Positions 60,004 through 64,000 of a DNA stretch of 64,000 bases are shown here, in pieces. Within the stretch, counting starts at the first letter, position 1, and each line of letters opens with the position of its first letter. The stretch lies in NCBI GenBank assembly GCA_963422645.2, contig CAXXVO010000017.1, forward strand, positions 192,001-256,000, read 5' to 3'. The notes under the pieces are model-generated. The model was given only the letters and a program-made list of their open reading frames with translations. It did not search any database and was not told the origin of the DNA. Source of the stretch: Alphaproteobacteria bacterium. GTDB taxonomy: Bacteria; Pseudomonadota; Alphaproteobacteria; UBA828. The position numbers were made by a program, and so were the translations under genes.

Positions 60004-60708
60004 ATGGCGGCCAAGACAGAACTCGGATGGCAACGCACCTTCGACTGGGGCGTCCGTCCCGCGCTGGGACGGGAGGATTTTCTGGTCGCACCCTGCAACG
60101 AGGCTGCAGTCGCCTGGCTCGACCGTTGGCCGGACTGGCCAGGCCCCCCGCTCGTAATCTACGGGCCCCCCGGCTCAGGCAAGAGCCATCTCGCCGAAGT
60201 GTGGCGCAGGCGGAGCGGCGCCGAGATTCTCCCTGCGGCAGGGCTCTCAGAGGCGCAGCCCGAAGCCGGAAGGACGCCGGCGCTGGTCATCGACGGTCTG
60301 GGCGGGTCGGTCGACGAGCGCTCTCTCCTGCACATCTACAACGCCATCGCCGAGCGGGGCGGCCATCTGCTGCTCACCGCCCGAACCCCGCCGGCGCGCT
60401 GGCCGCTCACGCTCCCCGATCTTGCCTCCCGGCTGAGGCTCGCGCCGGCAGCGGCGCTCGGCCTGCCCGACGATGCGTTGCTCGGCGCCCTGATGCTCAA
60501 GCTCTTCGCCGACCGGCAGATCACGGTGGCACCCGAAGTGCCGGCCTACGTCGTGCCGCGCATCGAGCGGACCTTCGAGGCCGTGGCCCGCCTGGTCGAC
60601 CGCCTCGACCGAGCGGCGCTCGCCGAAGGCAGGGCGGTCACCGTGCCGCTCGTGCGCACGGTGCTTGCCCTGGGCGAGGGCGGATCCGAGGCACCGCCGC
60701 ACGCTTGA
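60004..60708 (+). CDS. hdaA: DnaA regulatory inactivator HdaA-like protein
   Basis: REDFLVAPCNEAA, GPPGSGKSHLA, PDLASRL, KLFADRQ. Confidence 0.88.
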   Translation: MAAKTELGWQRTFDWGVRPALGREDFLVAPCNEAAVAWLDRWPDWPGPPLVIYGPPGSGKSHLAEVWRRRSGAEILPAAGLSEAQPEAGRTPALVIDGLGGSVDERSLLHIYNAIAERGGHLLLTARTPPARWPLTLPDLASRLRLAPAAALGLPDDALLGALMLKLFADRQITVAPEVPAYVVPRIERTFEAVARLVDRLDRAALAEGRAVTVPLVRTVLALGEGGSEAPPHA

Positions 60709-60813
60709 TTCACGGGACCACCCGGGCCCGCGCGATTTTGTCAGGGTGCCGTAATGACCGTATTGTAAGACGCCGCAAATCAAGCCAAGTAGAAGGGACG
60801 CGGGGGTAGCCGA

Positions 60814-62976
60814 ATGGCGGAAGCCAAGCGGGCCGAGCAGGCGGAAAGCTTCGCGCCGGCCGACAAGTTCATCAACCGTGAGCTGAGTTGGCTCGCCTTC
60901 AACGAGCGCGTGATGGAGGAGGCCGAGAACCTCGATCATCCCGTGCTCGAGCGGCTGCGCTTCCTCTCGATCTCCGGATCGAACCTTGATGAGTTCTACA
61001 TGGTCCGCGTGGCGGGCCTGCACGGTCAGGTCGAGGCGGGCATCCTCGAATCGTCCCAGGACGGCCTGAGCCCCGTTGCGCAAATCCGCGCCGTCATCGC
61101 GCGCGCCAATGCGCTGATGGCCCAGCAGCAGGAGCGCTGGCTCGCACTCCGCGGGGAGCTGGCCGAGGCTGGCATCACAATCCTCTCGGCCGACCGGCTC
61201 CGGGGCGACGAAGGGCGGTGGCTCGACGACTACTTCATCGATCGCCTCTTTCCGGTGCTGACACCGCTCGCCATCGACCCGGCCCATCCGTTTCCGTTCA
61301 TTCCAAATCTGGGTTTCAGTCTGGCGCTCGAGCTGGTGGAGGAAGGCACCCGGCGTCAGCTGCCGTCGTTGGTGCGCATTCCCAGCCAGGTGGAACGCTT
61401 CATCCGCCTGCCCGAGGGTGAACGGGGCGAGATCCGCTTCATCGCGCTCGAGGACGTGGTGGAGCTCTATCTCCACCGACTCTTCCCCGGCTATTCTGCG
61501 CGCGCGGTGGGTCAGTTCCGCATCGTCCGCGACAGCGATATCGAGCTGGAGGAGGAGGCGGAGGACCTGGTGCGCTCGTTCGAGAGCGCGCTCAAGCGGC
61601 GCCGGCGCGGCAGCGTCATCCGGCTTGAAGTGGATTCCACAATGCCGTTGAGCATGTTGGACTTCCTCGCCGACCAGCTTCACGTCGACCGGCGCGACGT
61701 GGTCAAGGTCGAAGGGATTCTGGGGCTTGCGGACACGTCCATGCTCATCAAGTGCAGCCGGGCCGACCTCGAATTCCGGCCCTACCTGGCGCGCTTCCCC
61801 GAGCGGATCCGGGATTTTGGCGGCGATTGCTTCGCCGCGATCAAGGCCAAGGACATCGTCGTCCACCACCCCTACGAGAGCTTCGACGTGGTCGTCCAGT
61901 TCCTGCGACAGGCAGCGCGGGACCCGGATGTGATTGCGATCAAGCAGACGCTCTATCGCACCAGCAACAATTCCCCCATCGTCAACGCGTTGATCGAGGC
62001 GGCGGAAGCGGGCAAGTCGGTCACCGCGCTGGTCGAGCTCAAAGCGCGCTTCGACGAGGCGGCGAACATCCGCTGGGCGCGCGATCTGGAACGCGCCGGC
62101 GCCCAGGTGGTCTACGGTTTCATGAACCTCAAGACCCACGCCAAGGCATCGTTGGTGGCCCGTCGCGAGGCTGACGGCCTGCGCAGCTACGTGCACTACG
62201 GCACCGGCAACTATCACCCGATCACTGCCGCGATCTACACCGACCTCTCTTTCTTCACCTGCGATCCGGCGCTCTGCCGCGATGCGGCGTTGCTCTTCAA
62301 CTACCTGACCGGCGGGGCGGCGCCCGAGCACTACGAGAAGATCGCCGTCGCCCCGCTCGGCATGCGCAGCGCAATCCAGGAGCTGATCGAGGCGGAGACC
62401 GCTCACGCTCTGGCCGGCCGGCCGGCGGCGATCTGGGTCAAGCTCAACTCCCTGGTCGATCCCGAGGTGATCGAGGCGCTCTACGCCGCCGCCGCCGCCG
62501 GGGTCTCCATCGACCTGGTGGTGCGCGGCACCTGCTGCCTCAAACCGGGGGTGCCGGGCCTCTCGGAGAACATCCGGGTCAAGAGCATCGTCGGGCGCTT
62601 CCTCGAGCACTCCCGCATCATGTGCTTCGGTGCCGGTCACGGCCTGCCTTCGCCCGAGGCCAAGGTGTACATCTCGTCCGCTGACTGGATGGGACGCAAT
62701 CTGGACCGGCGGGTAGAGGTCATGGTGCCGATCGAGAACCCGACCGTGCACGAGCAGATCCTCGACGAGATCATGACGGCGAACCTCAGGGACAACGAGC
62801 AGAGCTGGACGCTCGACGTCGGCGGCAACTTCTCGCGCTCGGGCCACGACGGCGAGCCCTTCAACGCCCACCATTTCTTCATGACCAACCCGTCGCTCTC
62901 CGGCCGCGGCACGGCGCGGCGCGAGCCGTGGCTCGCCGTGGCGAGTTCGGGCGGCGACGAGCCGGACGACGGGTGA
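60814..62976 (+). CDS. ppk1: Polyphosphate kinase 1
   Basis: [30 protein letters not shown]. Confidence 0.96.
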   Translation: MAEAKRAEQAESFAPADKFINRELSWLAFNERVMEEAENLDHPVLERLRFLSISGSNLDEFYMVRVAGLHGQVEAGILESSQDGLSPVAQIRAVIARANALMAQQQERWLALRGELAEAGITILSADRLRGDEGRWLDDYFIDRLFPVLTPLAIDPAHPFPFIPNLGFSLALELVEEGTRRQLPSLVRIPSQVERFIRLPEGERGEIRFIALEDVVELYLHRLFPGYSARAVGQFRIVRDSDIELEEEAEDLVRSFESALKRRRRGSVIRLEVDSTMPLSMLDFLADQLHVDRRDVVKVEGILGLADTSMLIKCSRADLEFRPYLARFPERIRDFGGDCFAAIKAKDIVVHHPYESFDVVVQFLRQAARDPDVIAIKQTLYRTSNNSPIVNALIEAAEAGKSVTALVELKARFDEAANIRWARDLERAGAQVVYGFMNLKTHAKASLVARREADGLRSYVHYGTGNYHPITAAIYTDLSFFTCDPALCRDAALLFNYLTGGAAPEHYEKIAVAPLGMRSAIQELIEAETAHALAGRPAAIWVKLNSLVDPEVIEALYAAAAAGVSIDLVVRGTCCLKPGVPGLSENIRVKSIVGRFLEHSRIMCFGAGHGLPSPEAKVYISSADWMGRNLDRRVEVMVPIENPTVHEQILDEIMTANLRDNEQSWTLDVGGNFSRSGHDGEPFNAHHFFMTNPSLSGRGTARREPWLAVASSGGDEPDDG

Positions 62977-64000
62977 CGGAGCAGCAGGCGGCGCCTCGCC
63001 TCGTGGCCGACGCGGCGACGCTCCCGGTCGCGGCCGGGGGTTTTCCGGCCGCAGCGCCAGTCGATGCGGCGGACGCGCCCTATGGCGTTCTCGACGTCGG
63101 TTCGAACTCGATCCGCCTCGTGGTGTTCGAGGGGCTCACGCGTGCGCCGGCGCCGGTCTTCAACGAGCGCGAACTCTGTGGCCTCGGCGCCACCCTGGCC
63201 GAGACCGGGGCGCTCGCGCCCGACGCGGTGGAGCCCGCGCTCGATGCGCTGCGCCGCTTCGCCGCCGCCGCCACAGCGCTCGGCGTCGGTCCGCTCGACG
63301 CGGTGACAACGGCCGCGGTCCGCGACGCGATTGACGGCGCGCGCTTCTGCGCTGCCGTGGCCCGCGAGACCGGCTTCTCGCTCCGGATCCTCACGGGCGA
63401 GGAGGAGGCACGCTACGCCGCGCTCGGCGTGGTCTCGGCCTTTCCTGCGGCGAGCGGACTGATGGCGGACCTGGGCGGCGGCAGCCTCGAGCTGGTTCGC
63501 TTGGAGCAGGGGCAGCTCGCAGAGCACGCAACGCTGCCGCTCGGCGTGCTCCGTCTCGGTAGCCTGGCGCCTGACCGCCGCTCCGCGCTCGCGGCCGAGC
63601 GGCTCAAGGCGTTGCCCTGGCTCGATCGGGTGCGTGGCGAGCCGGTCTATCTCGTGGGCGGTGCGTGGCGGGCGCTGGCCCGGCTTCGCATGGCGGCCGA
63701 GCGGCACCCCATCCCCGTCGTTCATCACTATCGCATGACGCCGGCCGAAGCGCGCGAGGCCACCAAGGAGTACGCCGCCGCCGATCCCGCGACGCTTCGT
63801 CCGGGGCCGGAGGGAATGTTGCCCAGGCGGCTCGCGACCGTGCCGAGCGGCGCGTGTGCGCTGAAGGCATTGCTGAAAGTGGCGGGGCCGGGCGAGGTGC
63901 TGTTCTCCGCCTTCGGCCTGCGCGAGGGCCTGCTTTTCGATAGGCTGCCTGCGGCGGTGCAGGCGCAGGATCCGCTTCACGACGCCTGTCGGGCGATCGC
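62973..64000 (+). CDS. ppx: Ppx/GppA exopolyphosphatase; runs off the right edge
   Basis: GTG overlaps the ppk stop; [26 protein letters not shown]. Confidence 0.92.
   Translation, partial: MTEQQAAPRLVADAATLPVAAGGFPAAAPVDAADAPYGVLDVGSNSIRLVVFEGLTRAPAPVFNERELCGLGATLAETGALAPDAVEPALDALRRFAAAATALGVGPLDAVTTAAVRDAIDGARFCAAVARETGFSLRILTGEEEARYAALGVVSAFPAASGLMADLGGGSLELVRLEQGQLAEHATLPLGVLRLGSLAPDRRSALAAERLKALPWLDRVRGEPVYLVGGAWRALARLRMAAERHPIPVVHHYRMTPAEAREATKEYAAADPATLRPGPEGMLPRRLATVPSGACALKALLKVAGPGEVLFSAFGLREGLLFDRLPAAVQAQDPLHDACRAI

Noticed and set aside
60247-62874. Long antisense ORFs (875 aa here; also 48740-50569, 15797-17455, 17911-19563 and others)
   Set aside because: Shadow ORFs opposite well-supported genes in high-GC DNA, with no recognisable motifs.
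1-64000. CRISPR array, cas genes, rRNA, integron, prophage or retroelement
   Set aside because: No regularly spaced repeats, and no cas, integrase, phage or reverse-transcriptase motifs were seen.

Overview
High-GC (roughly 68-70%) alphaproteobacterial chromosome segment, Rhodospirillales-like by gene order. The left 27 kb is accessory and IS-rich: two apparently identical IS21 copies (2729-5279, 24002-26552) bracket a catabolic region (hydantoinase/oxoprolinase, DUF917, two M19 dipeptidases, Dpp-type ABC transporter). The right 37 kb is mostly core genes: amiC-mrcA-prfB, addAB-murU-amgK-tsaE-ahcY, a PTS-Ntr operon, tRNA-Thr, phasin, purN, hdaA, ppk, ppx. The most striking feature is a nested IS stack at about 9.0-15.2 kb. 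It contains two IS110-family RNA-guided recombinase elements, each inserted precisely into the terminal inverted repeat of another IS (IS21 and IS3). Their non-coding ends contain bridge/seekRNA-like guide segments matching their own target and donor junctions: four segments for the IS1111 element and two clear ones for the IS110 element. Other points of interest are a VapC toxin with an atypical antitoxin, a repeated covarying hairpin element, an IS66 that separates an RBS from its ATG, and a tsaE with no canonical start codon. All calls are by eye from the sequence and ORF track; no database searches were run.
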